Source: an uncultured Muribaculaceae bacterium
GTDB taxonomy: Bacteria; Bacteroidota; Bacteroidia; Bacteroidales; Muribaculaceae
Assembly: GCA_910577585.1 (NCBI GenBank)
Contig: CAJTNN010000001.1
Location: 8,925-72,924 of the forward strand
Reading direction: 5' to 3'
Length of the DNA stretch: 64,000 nucleotides
In this document: piece by piece, positions 36,004 to 46,562 of the stretch
How the letters are laid out: the number at the start of each line of letters is the position of its first letter
How positions within the stretch are numbered: position 1 is the stretch's first letter
Program-made: the position numbers and the translations under genes
Notes under the pieces: generated by a model
Seen by the model: only the letters and a program-made list of their open reading frames with translations
Told to the model about the DNA's origin: nothing
Databases searched by the model: none

Positions 36004-38340
36004 TTATTTGACGCAGATTTTACGCGAGAAGACACCGTTGGCGCTCACCACGTATACACCGGGCATAAGCGCCGACGCGTCATACACTACTCCATCGGCG
36101 GCTGGGCCGGCGGCATTACCCACGAGGGCACCGGTCATGTCGTAGACATCGAGATTCAATGCTGCAGCACCGGCCACATGGAATTCGTAGGCTTTCGGCC
36201 CTATCTGACGCATAAGCAGGGCATTGCCCGGCTCGGCAGCGATATCGGCCACTGAGTTTATGCCCTGACGGGCCAGTACCTCAATCATGCCGGCGAAGGC
36301 ATCGAATTTTCCGGCGCCCCATTTCACCGCCTCTGTCGGGTCGGCAGTGACATCGGCATCCTTGACGGCTGTCTTGCGGATTATGTCGAGCACATCTGTA
36401 TAGGTCAGCGTCGGGTCGGCCTCTTTCCAGAGGGCTATGGCACCTGACACTACCGGAGTCGACATCGAGGTGCCCACACACTGGTGCCAGCTATGACGGC
36501 GTCCGTCGGCCTCGACGGCTGCCTGGAGATAATCGTCGCCTATGCCGTTATCCTCAAGATAATATTCGTTTGTAGATGATATGACGGTCGCACCGGGAGC
36601 GCACACCGTAGGAAGCTCGCGACCATCCACAAGCGTGCCCCATGATGAGAAGGGGGACACGCGGTTACCCTCGAAGAGGTCGTAGGAGTATATGGAGCCA
36701 TCGAGCGAGGCCCATGCATCGCGTGAGTTATATGAGCCGACAACCACTACGTTGTGGCCGCAGGCTGTGTCGGCGATAGTGCCGTCGGTGGTGCCGGGCT
36801 TCACTCCCTGGTCGGCAAGGCCGAGGTCGGAGAGGTCGAAGAATCCTCCATCGGTGTACATATCCACCCGCTGGCCATCTTTCCCTTTTGCCTGCACGAG
36901 AATCACATAGTCGCCGGCATTCGAGGGTGTCTCCCAGAGCATCACGTCGACCACGCCGAAGTAGCGGCCGCTCTCGTCGGTGTCGAGCATACCGGTCACA
37001 CCGAGGTAGCCGTTGAAGTTCTGCGCGAGCTGCGGTGAGACGATGTCGCTTTCATAACCTACGAATTCGTCAGAGCTGCAGTAATATACCTGCGAACCTT
37101 CAGGATTCCCCGAGGCCACAGCACGCAGCGACACACTGTTGCGCTTCTTGTTGTATACGAGAGCCTGGAGCTCGAATGGCTCGTCGGTGTCGGAATAGAC
37201 GTACACCTGGCCTGCCACGACGTTGGGATATTCATTCGGCTCGGTGTTATAGGATCTCAGGCCCGTCTGCACGGCATCATCATCGCCGTCAAAGCGGTGA
37301 TGCAGCGAAATAGGCAGGTCGCCTTCGTTGCCCGAGGCGATGCATACCACCATATTGTTGGCAGATTCCTCTGTGGCAAGGTCGAGATATTGAGAGAGCA
37401 TCGAGCTGCCGTCGTGCGGACCTACATTAGAGCCCATCGAGATATTGAGCACCATCGGATATGGCTTCCCAAGCTGCTCTTGCCTGGCCTCGGCATATTT
37501 CATTATCTCCTGCACTCCGAGGGCTATGTAGTAGTCTGTGCTGACACCTGAGGCGGTGGCAAGGTCGGCTTCGCAGGCTATGCCGTAATATGGATTCGGC
37601 ACATCCTCCTCTACAAGGGCTGAATATCTTCCGTTGCCATCTGAGACCATGCGGCCGGCGGTCACATTACCCTTGTATCCACCTGCCATGATGCCGAGTG
37701 TGTGGGTGCCATGGAAGGTGGTGGAGTTCTCAGTGTCGATATTGGGCATGTAGTCAGGGCCGTAGTTTTCGGTGGCGTAGCCTCCGGTCTGTACGGGTCG
37801 GAAGTATGTGAAATTCTGTATGCGGCTGCTGCCATCGGGATTGCGGAAGTTGACATGGTTGGGATCGAAGCCGCCATCTACCGATGAGCAGAGCACCCCT
37901 TTGCCGGTGTAGGGATGGTCAAGCACCTCGCCGGCGTGCAGACGGTCGACGCCGATAAGTGTGCGCACGCGGTCCATCTTCGGAGCGACATCGCGTTCAA
38001 GGCGATAGCTGGCCACCGCCGGATGCGCGGCCACAGCCTCGACATCGCTGAGTGCTACGCGGCAAAGCAGCAGTCCTCCGGCAAGCCGGGTGATTTCAGG
38101 ATTGAAGTCTGACAGGTCGGCCACTGTGTAGCCGGGTCTGAGCGTGAGGAATCCGCCTACAGTGGGGGCGGCAGCGGCTACACGCTTCATCATGCGACGC
38201 GAGCCATCGGGCTGCACTTGATGTGCATAACCGCTGCGCAGGCTCCTGAGACGCGCCTGGCTGCCGGCGTCAAGGCGCTGCGCCGAGAGGGGCGCAGCTA
38301 CCAGTGCTGACAGTGTCAGCGTGGTGAGAAGTTTCTTCAT
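36004..38340 (-). CDS. S8 (subtilisin-like) serine protease with propeptide, inserted domain and predicted T9SS C-terminal domain
   Basis: Triad motifs SSVDGGFD, FHGTHTLGIMAG and GTSMSTPVVSG; oxyanion ASGNEG; C-terminus PGVYVVSANGVFSRKICVK. Confidence 0.92.
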   Translation of the reverse strand: MKKLLTTLTLSALVAAPLSAQRLDAGSQARLRSLRSGYAHQVQPDGSRRMMKRVAAAAPTVGGFLTLRPGYTVADLSDFNPEITRLAGGLLLCRVALSDVEAVAAHPAVASYRLERDVAPKMDRVRTLIGVDRLHAGEVLDHPYTGKGVLCSSVDGGFDPNHVNFRNPDGSSRIQNFTYFRPVQTGGYATENYGPDYMPNIDTENSTTFHGTHTLGIMAGGYKGNVTAGRMVSDGNGRYSALVEEDVPNPYYGIACEADLATASGVSTDYYIALGVQEIMKYAEARQEQLGKPYPMVLNISMGSNVGPHDGSSMLSQYLDLATEESANNMVVCIASGNEGDLPISLHHRFDGDDDAVQTGLRSYNTEPNEYPNVVAGQVYVYSDTDEPFELQALVYNKKRNSVSLRAVASGNPEGSQVYYCSSDEFVGYESDIVSPQLAQNFNGYLGVTGMLDTDESGRYFGVVDVMLWETPSNAGDYVILVQAKGKDGQRVDMYTDGGFFDLSDLGLADQGVKPGTTDGTIADTACGHNVVVVGSYNSRDAWASLDGSIYSYDLFEGNRVSPFSSWGTLVDGRELPTVCAPGATVISSTNEYYLEDNGIGDDYLQAAVEADGRRHSWHQCVGTSMSTPVVSGAIALWKEADPTLTYTDVLDIIRKTAVKDADVTADPTEAVKWGAGKFDAFAGMIEVLARQGINSVADIAAEPGNALLMRQIGPKAYEFHVAGAAALNLDVYDMTGALVGNAAGPAADGVVYDASALMPGVYVVSANGVFSRKICVK

Positions 38341-38380
38341 ATATAGGTCAGTATTATAGTCTATGGCAGTGAATATCGGA

Positions 38381-40546
38381 TCATTTAACTATGAGTTTCT
38401 TTCCGGCCACGATATAGATTCCGGCGGGAAGCGAGCGCACCTCTTTGGCTGTAAGACCCTTGCGCACGCGAATGCCCTGAAGTGAGAATACGTCGTACTG
38501 CTGCCGGTCATCCTGGCCGAAGTTCTCAACTCCGGAAGGTGTCGCCTGGCGCACTGCTACTGTATGAGCGTCCTTCACTTCGAAGGCGTAGTTACCCGCT
38601 GCATCGGCCACAAGCGGTGTGCCATCGACCAGTACCTCTGAAAGTTCGGAATCAGCCGGACGAATGTCGACACGTGTGCCGGCCATCAGAGTGAGGTCGG
38701 CGGGTGTGGCGTGATCGGTGATAAGGTCGGTCATTATCGAGGCCTCTACATTATCATCAATCTCGAAGCTGACCTTATACTGCTGAGGTGCGGCAGCATA
38801 ATACTTCACCACCGAGCCATCAGGAAGATCTGTCACCTCACCGAGCGCTGTCTCATCCCCATTCAGATAAGCCACATATGGTGCACCCTCGGCACACTGG
38901 GCCTCGAAGTATATGGGAAGGTCTTCATCGCTATAGTTGATGAGCGTGTAGCCGTCGGCGGGATAGATGATCTTTTCACGTCCCTCTACCCCTTTGCTGA
39001 GAGTCACACTGCGATAGGCCCATGCTGCCGAGGGGTCACAGTATACGGAGGCCTGCAGCGGGCGGGCGAATTGCTCTACATATACATCGAATGCCATGTT
39101 GCCGGTCACGTATGTGTCGGCCGATGATTCCTCGCCATCGGCGTAGACGGCTGTGATGAGCCAGTCGGCGTCTGGAATGAAGCGTATGCGGTTGATGTTG
39201 CGTGCAACGGCTATCTCCATAGTGTCGTCGCCGGTCATCTCGATATAGTTGTCGGCATTGTCGTCATCACCGAGAAGCACACGGAAGTGGGCCGGATAGC
39301 CTTCGTAATATATTGTCACGTTATAGGGCTCTTTGGGCTGGGCTGTCACGTCGATTACATAGCCATTGGGGTCGGATGCGAGGAAGGTGATGTTTTCATC
39401 GTAGTTCCCTTCGCCGTTGAGTGTGGCTGACTCAATGTTGTAGTTGTTCTTGTCGAGTGTCACGCGCACTGTCGAGCCTAACTTGACTGTGAAGTCATCT
39501 GAGGTCCAGAGCTTGCGGTCGTAGGCGTTGAAAGTGGTGTTGCTCACCATCAGCACAGCGCCGTCGGTGGCGGGGTTGGCGAAGTTGAATTTCACCGGGA
39601 CATCCACGTCGGGATAATCCACCACTACCTTCACCACATCGCCCGATTTGATGTTGTCGAGGCGGAATTCACCGTCGACCTCTTCAGCCTCCTCGCCATT
39701 GAGCTGCACACTGTAGAGGTGCTGCTGATAGGTCTGATGCGAAATGAAGATGGGCACCTCGGTGTCGGGATTGAAGCGGATGGGTGCCGACAATTCTGAA
39801 GTGGGTATGCTTTCAGCCGAACCTGCCCTGCGCACCTTCACCAGGTTGCGGTTACCCTCTACATCGAGAGTGAAGCTTGATGTGCGTGCATCATCAAGAC
39901 TGTAGGCCTCCACGTCAAAGATATTGTCGCCTGCCGAGAGAGTCGACGGGTAGATGCTGAAGCTGGTGGCTCCGGGGACTGAGAGTTCATTGTTGCCATT
40001 TTTCACCACTGCCTTGAGGGCATAGTCAGCTTTCGATCTTATCTCAATGGGGAGAGATGAGTCGGTGATTTTGAAGCGCAGCGAGCCTACGCCCCATTCA
40101 GACTCTGAGAATACATGATATTGATAGCTCACATCAAACATCTCGTTGTCGCCGTTGATGACCACATACGACTCCGGACGTGTCGAGGCGTTGATTTCGA
40201 CTGTGGCGGCATCGGTAAATTTCCCCTCCTCCTGAAGTGCGGCGAGGTCGGCATAGAGTATGGTGTAGAGGCTCGTCATGCCGCACACCTGTGTGCCGCA
40301 GATTGAGACACTGTTGATGACATAGCCGTATACCTGGTTAATATTGAGCGACGCACCCTCCTCGAGGCTTACAGTGGCATTGCCTGAGGCATCCCAGCTC
40401 AGAGGAGTGAAATTGTAGCCTTGCGACAGTACCACAGATACTGCCGAAGTGTCGGTAGTGTGAAGATTGACCTTGATTGCGGCGTGCGATCCGAGCGCGG
40501 CAAATGCCAGCAATAAGAGTGAAAGAATAGAGGATAAGTGTTTCAT
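38381..40546 (-). CDS. Uncharacterised secreted beta-rich multi-domain protein with predicted T9SS C-terminal domain
   Basis: Signal peptide (SHA-A); repeated Ig-like segments (e.g. LYSVQLNG, IESATLNG, ITAVYADG, LSEVLVDG); C-terminus YDVFSLQG...LPAGIYIVAGKKLIVK. Confidence 0.8.
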   Translation of the reverse strand: MKHLSSILSLLLLAFAALGSHAAIKVNLHTTDTSAVSVVLSQGYNFTPLSWDASGNATVSLEEGASLNINQVYGYVINSVSICGTQVCGMTSLYTILYADLAALQEEGKFTDAATVEINASTRPESYVVINGDNEMFDVSYQYHVFSESEWGVGSLRFKITDSSLPIEIRSKADYALKAVVKNGNNELSVPGATSFSIYPSTLSAGDNIFDVEAYSLDDARTSSFTLDVEGNRNLVKVRRAGSAESIPTSELSAPIRFNPDTEVPIFISHQTYQQHLYSVQLNGEEAEEVDGEFRLDNIKSGDVVKVVVDYPDVDVPVKFNFANPATDGAVLMVSNTTFNAYDRKLWTSDDFTVKLGSTVRVTLDKNNYNIESATLNGEGNYDENITFLASDPNGYVIDVTAQPKEPYNVTIYYEGYPAHFRVLLGDDDNADNYIEMTGDDTMEIAVARNINRIRFIPDADWLITAVYADGEESSADTYVTGNMAFDVYVEQFARPLQASVYCDPSAAWAYRSVTLSKGVEGREKIIYPADGYTLINYSDEDLPIYFEAQCAEGAPYVAYLNGDETALGEVTDLPDGSVVKYYAAAPQQYKVSFEIDDNVEASIMTDLITDHATPADLTLMAGTRVDIRPADSELSEVLVDGTPLVADAAGNYAFEVKDAHTVAVRQATPSGVENFGQDDRQQYDVFSLQGIRVRKGLTAKEVRSLPAGIYIVAGKKLIVK

Positions 40547-40640
40547 AAAAAGAATATTGGTAAAAAAATAACGGCAGGAGTAGTGGTTGTGGCGCTGCTC
40601 CTGAACTGAGGTGGAAGATTATGATGTAGTTCTTCTGTTG

Positions 40641-40672
40641 CAAATGTAAGCATTTTTTAAGTATTCACCAAA
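40641..40672 (-). promoter_or_regulatory. -33/-7 promoter for the three-gene T9SS cargo operon
   Basis: Minus strand TTTG (40669-40672), 20-nt spacer, TACATTTG (40641-40648). Confidence 0.7.
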
Positions 40673-41052
40673 GATAATTTAAATATTTTTGTATTTATTC
40701 TTAATAAACATTGCATCCGGCAATAATAATATAATCATTCTGTCAGCCGATGGAATGCCTTCAAGACTGAACATTCAAATTCGCTTGCTATTTTCTAATC
40801 TCCACCCTGCGCATTTATGAAATATGAAACCACTGCTTGGAGAATTGCCGTCAGGCTTTATCGATAGTCTAAACATAAGGTGATATGTTATTTTTAATAA
40901 TATTATTTATCCCTTCAAGTACAAGGTCGCGTAAAAGTGCAAGGTCGCGTAAATGCTCCTACAAGATAAGATTATTTATGTATAGGATTATTTATGTGGG
41001 AAGCAAGTTGAATGTCGGTACAAGGTTGGTATAGTTCGGGTGGAAGGCTAAT

Positions 41053-41088
41053 AAAAGCGGCGGAGACTCTACGCTGAGGGTCTCCGCC
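41053..41088 (-). terminator. Intrinsic terminator after the M3 peptidase gene
   Basis: GGCGGAGAC...GTCTCCGCC stem with GCTTTTA on the minus strand. Confidence 0.65.
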
Positions 41089-41160
41089 GGGATTGGTGTT
41101 GGTTATGACTGCCGGGCTTGGGCGCCACGGCGTCAATGGTGCTTATGGCCGGGCATCAAA

Positions 41161-43326
41161 TCATTTGGCTGCTTTGATGCCGTCGCGCACGAGGAGTGCG
41201 TCGACTGTGGGTTTCTTGCCACGGAATTCCACATAGAGTGTCATCGGATCAACTGTGCCTCCGGCCTCGAGCATGTGGTGGAATTTGTCGGCTGTCTTCT
41301 TGTCGAAGATGTTGCCGGCCTCTTTGAATGCTGCGAAGGCATCTGCATCGAGTTCCTCACTCCATTTGTAGCCATAGTAGCCGGCAGCATAACCGCCTGA
41401 GAATACATGTGCGAATGAGGGAGAGATGAAGCATCCGGGCACTGCATCGAAAATCTTGACGGGTTCGATGGCTGCCACCTCGAATTCCTCGACACTGTCA
41501 GATGCGCGCAGGGGCTCCTCCATCATGTGATATGCCATGTCAAGGAAGCCGAAGTTGAGCTGGCGCATGCAGGCGTATGCTGCACCGAACTGCGAGGCTT
41601 TGATGAATTTGTCGAGCAGCTCCTTGGGCATCTTCTTGCCTGTCTGGTAGTGCTTGGCGAAGCCGTCGAGGAATTCTTTCTCGGTGAGGTAGTTCTCATT
41701 GAATTGTGAGAAGAGCTCCACGAAGTCATGATATACGTTGGTGCCGCTGATAGAGGCATATTTGGCCTGGGCTGAGAGGCCATGCAGGGCGTGGCCGAAC
41801 TCGTGCAGGAACGTCTCGACCTCATAGGGGGTGAGGAGCACTGCGTTGTTGCCTACGGGCTTGGCGAAGTTGCACACTATCGAGATAAGGGGAAGCGTAC
41901 GGTTGCCTTCATCATCTTTCACCTCGGTCTGATATTCGGTCATCCATGCTCCGGGAGCTTTACCCTCGCGATAGAAGAAGTCGGTATAGAGGAGTCCGAG
42001 CAGTTTTTTGTCGGGTCCGTAGACATCGTAGATCTTTACGTCCGGGTGATATCCGGGGAGCGATTTGTTCTCTTTGAATGTGTAGCCATAGAGCTTGGTG
42101 GCGAGGCCGAATACACCCTTGATGGTGTTGTTGAGTTCGAAGTATGGCTTCATATCCTCATCGTTGAAGCTATATTTTTCGCTCTTGAGCTTGTCGCTCC
42201 AGTAGGAGTAATCCCAGGGCTGGAGTTTGAAGTCGGGGCCTTCGGTGAGGCGCGCGAAGTCTTCAATCTCCTTGAGCTCGGCCTTCATGGGCTCGGTGTA
42301 TGCCTCGCGGAGCTCATTGAGCATGGCGTAGACATTTTCGGGAGTAGCGGCCATGGTGTGCTGCAGCTGATACTCGGCGAAGTTCTTCTTGCCCATGAGA
42401 TTGGCAATCTCGCGGCGCACATTGGCAATGTCGATCAGCACAGGGGTGTTGTCGAACTCACCCGCAGTGTTGCGCGTGTTATAGATTTTATAGAGTTTCT
42501 CGCGCAGCTCACGGTTGTCGGCATATTTCATGAAGGGGGCATACGAGGGGGCGAAGACGGTGAAGAGGTATGTCGAGCCGTCGTCGGTCTTACCCTCGGC
42601 CTCGAGGGCTGCCTTTGCCTCGGCACGTGCGGCCTCGACGATGGCGTCGGGCAGTCCGGCGAGGTCATTCTCTCCTACCCACATTCTTGATGCGGGGTCT
42701 TTCATGCCGTTGGTGACATTCTGGGCGAATTTCACATTGAGGTCAGAGAGCTTAGCGCTGAGATTGCGGTATTTCTCACGGTCGGCACCCTCGAGTGCTG
42801 CGCCGTTGAGGGCGAACTGCTTGTAGGTCTCGTCGAGCAGACGCAGATCTTCGGGTGTGAGCTGGTCTTTGATTGCATCGCGCTGTTCGTAGACCTGACG
42901 AATACGCTGCCAGAGGGCGTCGTTGAGCAGAAGTGATGCCTCATGCTCTGAGAGAAGCGGAGTGACATTGGCCAGCACCTGCATCATGGCGGGGTCGCCC
43001 ACTGCATGCTCTACATTGCCCAGTGCGAGCACTGCGCGGCTGAGCTCGGCTCCTGAACGCTCGAGGGCCACGATGGTATTCTCGAATGTGGGGGCGCTGC
43101 GCTGCATGGTGATGGCATTGATGTTCTGGTTCTGCATGGCGATTGCCTCCTTGACGGCTGCTTCATAGAGCTCCGGCGTCAGTTTGTCGAAGGGGACAGC
43201 ACCATACGGGAGGAGTTCGGTCTGAAGAAGGGGATTGCTGCTGGTGTTGGCGGCGAATCCGCGTGATACGGATGCAAATGTCATGATCGAAAGTGCGGCG
43301 ATGCCGCTGATAATGAATTTTTTCAT
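41161..43326 (-). CDS. M3 family metallopeptidase (peptidyl-dipeptidase Dcp/oligopeptidase A-like), exported
   Basis: HEFGHALH zinc motif, DFVELFSQ, GGYAAGYYGYKWSE; start set at MKKFIISG, which gives a signal peptide. Confidence 0.93.
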   Translation of the reverse strand: MKKFIISGIAALSIMTFASVSRGFAANTSSNPLLQTELLPYGAVPFDKLTPELYEAAVKEAIAMQNQNINAITMQRSAPTFENTIVALERSGAELSRAVLALGNVEHAVGDPAMMQVLANVTPLLSEHEASLLLNDALWQRIRQVYEQRDAIKDQLTPEDLRLLDETYKQFALNGAALEGADREKYRNLSAKLSDLNVKFAQNVTNGMKDPASRMWVGENDLAGLPDAIVEAARAEAKAALEAEGKTDDGSTYLFTVFAPSYAPFMKYADNRELREKLYKIYNTRNTAGEFDNTPVLIDIANVRREIANLMGKKNFAEYQLQHTMAATPENVYAMLNELREAYTEPMKAELKEIEDFARLTEGPDFKLQPWDYSYWSDKLKSEKYSFNDEDMKPYFELNNTIKGVFGLATKLYGYTFKENKSLPGYHPDVKIYDVYGPDKKLLGLLYTDFFYREGKAPGAWMTEYQTEVKDDEGNRTLPLISIVCNFAKPVGNNAVLLTPYEVETFLHEFGHALHGLSAQAKYASISGTNVYHDFVELFSQFNENYLTEKEFLDGFAKHYQTGKKMPKELLDKFIKASQFGAAYACMRQLNFGFLDMAYHMMEEPLRASDSVEEFEVAAIEPVKIFDAVPGCFISPSFAHVFSGGYAAGYYGYKWSEELDADAFAAFKEAGNIFDKKTADKFHHMLEAGGTVDPMTLYVEFRGKKPTVDALLVRDGIKAAK

Positions 43327-43447
43327 AATGATATCAAAGTTGACGGGCCTAAAGATTGATGATGATATCATTCAGCGTCAACTCTTCGGGCCCGTCAGAT
43401 TAGTTATCCTGTGGTCTTCAATTGAATATTATACTACTCAAATTGAC

Positions 43448-46276
43448 TTATTTGGCCTCCACACCGTTCATCACGATCTGGATGCGGTTCTTACCGTTGT
43501 AGATGGTCTTGATGTAGTTGTTGAAGTCCTCGACCTTGAGATTCTTGAGGTATTCCTCGCGTCCGGTGATGAGGTCCCAGCCACGCTCGATGAGCATGAG
43601 GTTCTGGAGCCAGTAGCCGTTGTTGCGCAGTGCGATGGCAAACTGTGCTGCTTCGGCCTCCTTGACTTTGTTGAAGTCATCGGCCGATGCACCGTTGGCA
43701 AGAAGTTCCATAGCCTCTTTGTAGGCACGCTCCTGCAGACGCTGGCTCATGTCGGAGTTGGTGAGGAAGAAGTAGCCAAACATCCACTGGTCGCTGTTGG
43801 GGAACATTGTGCCGAATGCACCGGGGCTATAAGTGCCACCCTCCTCTTCACGCAGTGTGTTGGTATACACGTTGGTGAGGATTTCGCCAAGAATGCTGAT
43901 CTGGACATTGTTGGCCACATTGTATTCAAGGTTGGAGCCGTCGAAGAGGTTCATCACCTTCACGATGGGTGTCTGCATGGGCACATCGGCAATCTGATCA
44001 ACCTGGCCCTCGGGCATCGCGATTTTGTTGACCACGGGGAGTTCGCTCTTCTTGCCTGTAGAGGGGAGTGAGGCCACATACTGCTCCAGGAGCGGACGCA
44101 GTGTGTCGAGGTCTACATTACCCACGATGAGGAGCGTGTAGTCGGCGGCGTTTGATGTGAGCTGCTTGATCATCTCCACCATCTTGGGATAATCGGCTTT
44201 CTGCACCTCAGCTGCTGTGGCGGGCATCATCATCGGATTGCCACCCCACATGCCTTTCGCCTGCATGGTCTGGAAAGTGAAGTCGGGATTGGCCTCGCTG
44301 AGAGTGAGCTGTTTTACGAGGTTACCAAGGTTAACATCATACTGTTCCTGGTCTACACCGAGAGCCACATTCGAAGCATACAGAAGCTCCATGAGGGTGG
44401 GGAAATCCTTGACAGTCGATACACCCTCGAAGCTGGTAGTGGCCTGGCCCATGCCGAAGCCGAGACCTACATGTTTGCCGGCGAGATATTTGGTGAGGGT
44501 CTTGACATTGAAGTTGCCGAGCTTGCTTGATTCGTAGGCCTGGTCGAGCTGACGCAGGTTGGCTACATCGGCGGGATCGAAGTTGCGGTAGCCACCCATG
44601 CGGAAGTACTGCAGCTGAATCTGGTCGGCGTTGAAGTCGGTAGGCTTGACAACTACCTTCACACCATTCGAGAGCATGAACTCTGTGGTGCCGTAGAGGT
44701 CATTCTTCTTCTCGCTGACAATCTTGCCGGGAGCGAGGAGTGAATCGAGGAGCGGGTCGGTGATGACTTCATCCACATATGCCTCATACTGGGCGTTGAG
44801 CACCTCGTTGAGGGCGGTGAGCATCGACTCGCGGCCGGGAAGCTTGTAGCCTTCAGCCTTGGGCTGGGCCACAACCACCACCTCATTCTCCGGAGTGAGG
44901 AGCTCGGCGGCAATCATATTGTACTGCTCTACGGGGATCTGCGGCAGCACTGAGCTTACGAACTGATATTCGAATTCGGCGCCGGGAGCCGGCTCATTCT
45001 CGATGAAGTGGCGGATAATCTCACGCGCACGGTCTTCTGAGTCTGTCTTGTCGCGCTCGTTATATGCACTCTCATAGGCTGTCAGAAGTTCTGACTGCAC
45101 ACGCTCGAGCTCTGAAGTTGTGAAGCCTGTCTTGCATGCGCGTGCCACGATTGCCATGGCGTCGCGGAAGGCTGCCTCGGGATCATCTTTCGGCACAATG
45201 CGCACATAGAAGGCATCTTTGGTCTTCGACACCTCGAATGTGGTGAATTCGCAACCGGCCTGCATATATTTGCAATCTGCGCTCTTGGCATGCTCGCTGA
45301 GACGATTGTTGATAAGCATCGCCACAACGTTCTGCAGCACCTGCGACATCAGGCCGGCCTCGAGTGTATTGCGCATCTCGAAGGGGAGACGGTCAGATTT
45401 GAAGGCCATCATGATGTAGCTGAACTTCATCTCGGGGTCTTCGAATTCGAAGTAGATGGGCTCTTTGTTGTCGCTGACAGTGGCATATGTGCGCTCGGCA
45501 GCATTCTCGGGCATGGGGATGGCTGAGAAGATGTCGATCACTTTCTTCTCCATCTCGGCTGCATCGAAGTCGCCGACTACCACGATGCCCTGCTGGTCCG
45601 GACGATACCATTTGTGGTAGTAGTCGCGAAGCACATCTGGCTTGAAGTTCATCACAACCTCCATTGTGCCGATTGGCGACTGCTGATACTGATATTCGTC
45701 GTAGACTACGGGGAGCATGGCGCTGTAGAAGCGGTTGTTGGCGGTGTTGCGCATGCGCCATTCCTCCTGGATTACGCCGCGCTCTGCCTCAATCTCGTCA
45801 TCCTCCAGAAGCAGACTGCCGCTCCAGTCGCGGAGCACGAGAAGCACGCTGTCCATCAGAGCCACGTCAGATGTGGGCACATGGTTGATGTTGTAGACTG
45901 TCTCATCAAAGTCAGTGTAGGCGTTGATGTCGGCACCGAAGCGGATACCTTTCGACTGAAGGTAGTTGAGCATCGTCTTACCCGGATAGGTAGTGGTGCC
46001 GTTGAAGGCCATGTGCTCGAGGAAGTGAGCCAGACCGAGCTGGTCTTTAGTCTCGAGTGTTGAGCCAACTTTCTGGGCGATGTAGAAGTTGGCGCGCCCC
46101 TTCGGCTCCTCGTTGTGGAGCACATAGTAGTGCAAGCCATTGGGGAGCACACCCGCGCGCAGGCCGGGCATATCCGGCAGCGGAGTGAGCTGGGGCATCT
46201 GCTGGGCGTGCATGACGCTGCTGCCCATGATGATGGCCATGAGCATCAACAGATACGAAAAGACTTTTTTCTTCAT
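43448..46276 (-). CDS. M16 family zinc peptidase (PqqL-like), exported
   Basis: Inverted zinc motif HFLEH, NAYTDFDETVY, EAERGVIQEEWR; 942-aa two-half architecture. Confidence 0.93.
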   Translation of the reverse strand: MKKKVFSYLLMLMAIIMGSSVMHAQQMPQLTPLPDMPGLRAGVLPNGLHYYVLHNEEPKGRANFYIAQKVGSTLETKDQLGLAHFLEHMAFNGTTTYPGKTMLNYLQSKGIRFGADINAYTDFDETVYNINHVPTSDVALMDSVLLVLRDWSGSLLLEDDEIEAERGVIQEEWRMRNTANNRFYSAMLPVVYDEYQYQQSPIGTMEVVMNFKPDVLRDYYHKWYRPDQQGIVVVGDFDAAEMEKKVIDIFSAIPMPENAAERTYATVSDNKEPIYFEFEDPEMKFSYIMMAFKSDRLPFEMRNTLEAGLMSQVLQNVVAMLINNRLSEHAKSADCKYMQAGCEFTTFEVSKTKDAFYVRIVPKDDPEAAFRDAMAIVARACKTGFTTSELERVQSELLTAYESAYNERDKTDSEDRAREIIRHFIENEPAPGAEFEYQFVSSVLPQIPVEQYNMIAAELLTPENEVVVVAQPKAEGYKLPGRESMLTALNEVLNAQYEAYVDEVITDPLLDSLLAPGKIVSEKKNDLYGTTEFMLSNGVKVVVKPTDFNADQIQLQYFRMGGYRNFDPADVANLRQLDQAYESSKLGNFNVKTLTKYLAGKHVGLGFGMGQATTSFEGVSTVKDFPTLMELLYASNVALGVDQEQYDVNLGNLVKQLTLSEANPDFTFQTMQAKGMWGGNPMMMPATAAEVQKADYPKMVEMIKQLTSNAADYTLLIVGNVDLDTLRPLLEQYVASLPSTGKKSELPVVNKIAMPEGQVDQIADVPMQTPIVKVMNLFDGSNLEYNVANNVQISILGEILTNVYTNTLREEEGGTYSPGAFGTMFPNSDQWMFGYFFLTNSDMSQRLQERAYKEAMELLANGASADDFNKVKEAEAAQFAIALRNNGYWLQNLMLIERGWDLITGREEYLKNLKVEDFNNYIKTIYNGKNRIQIVMNGVEAK

Positions 46277-46413
46277 AATGTAAAGTTAATATTGAAGTTA
46301 TTTGAATATTTATCAGTCTTGTATACTTCTAATGGTAGAATCTGGCGCTTGCGGCTCTGATTGCATCACGCCGGGCTACCCTAATCGGGAGCCACGGAAT
46401 GAGGTAGATGCAT

Positions 46414-46421
46414 CAAAGTTA
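46414..46421 (-). promoter_or_regulatory. -7 promoter box for the M16 peptidase gene
   Basis: TAACTTTG on the minus strand about 140 nt upstream of the start. Confidence 0.5.
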
Positions 46422-46520
46422 ACAATTTTTTGCGATATTTCAAGTCTTTAGCCACAGAAATTTATCAATTGCAGCTGAGGCCTCCCCGCGTTGCGTGAGA
46501 TCGGGCTCGCTGCTGAGGTG

Positions 46521-46562
46521 AAAAATAATGCGGCGCCATCGGATGATGACACCGCAAAATTA
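46521..46562 (-). terminator. Intrinsic terminator downstream of the cyclo-ligase gene
   Basis: Minus strand GCGGTGTCATC-ATCC-GATGGCGCCGC-ATTATTTTT. Confidence 0.6.
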
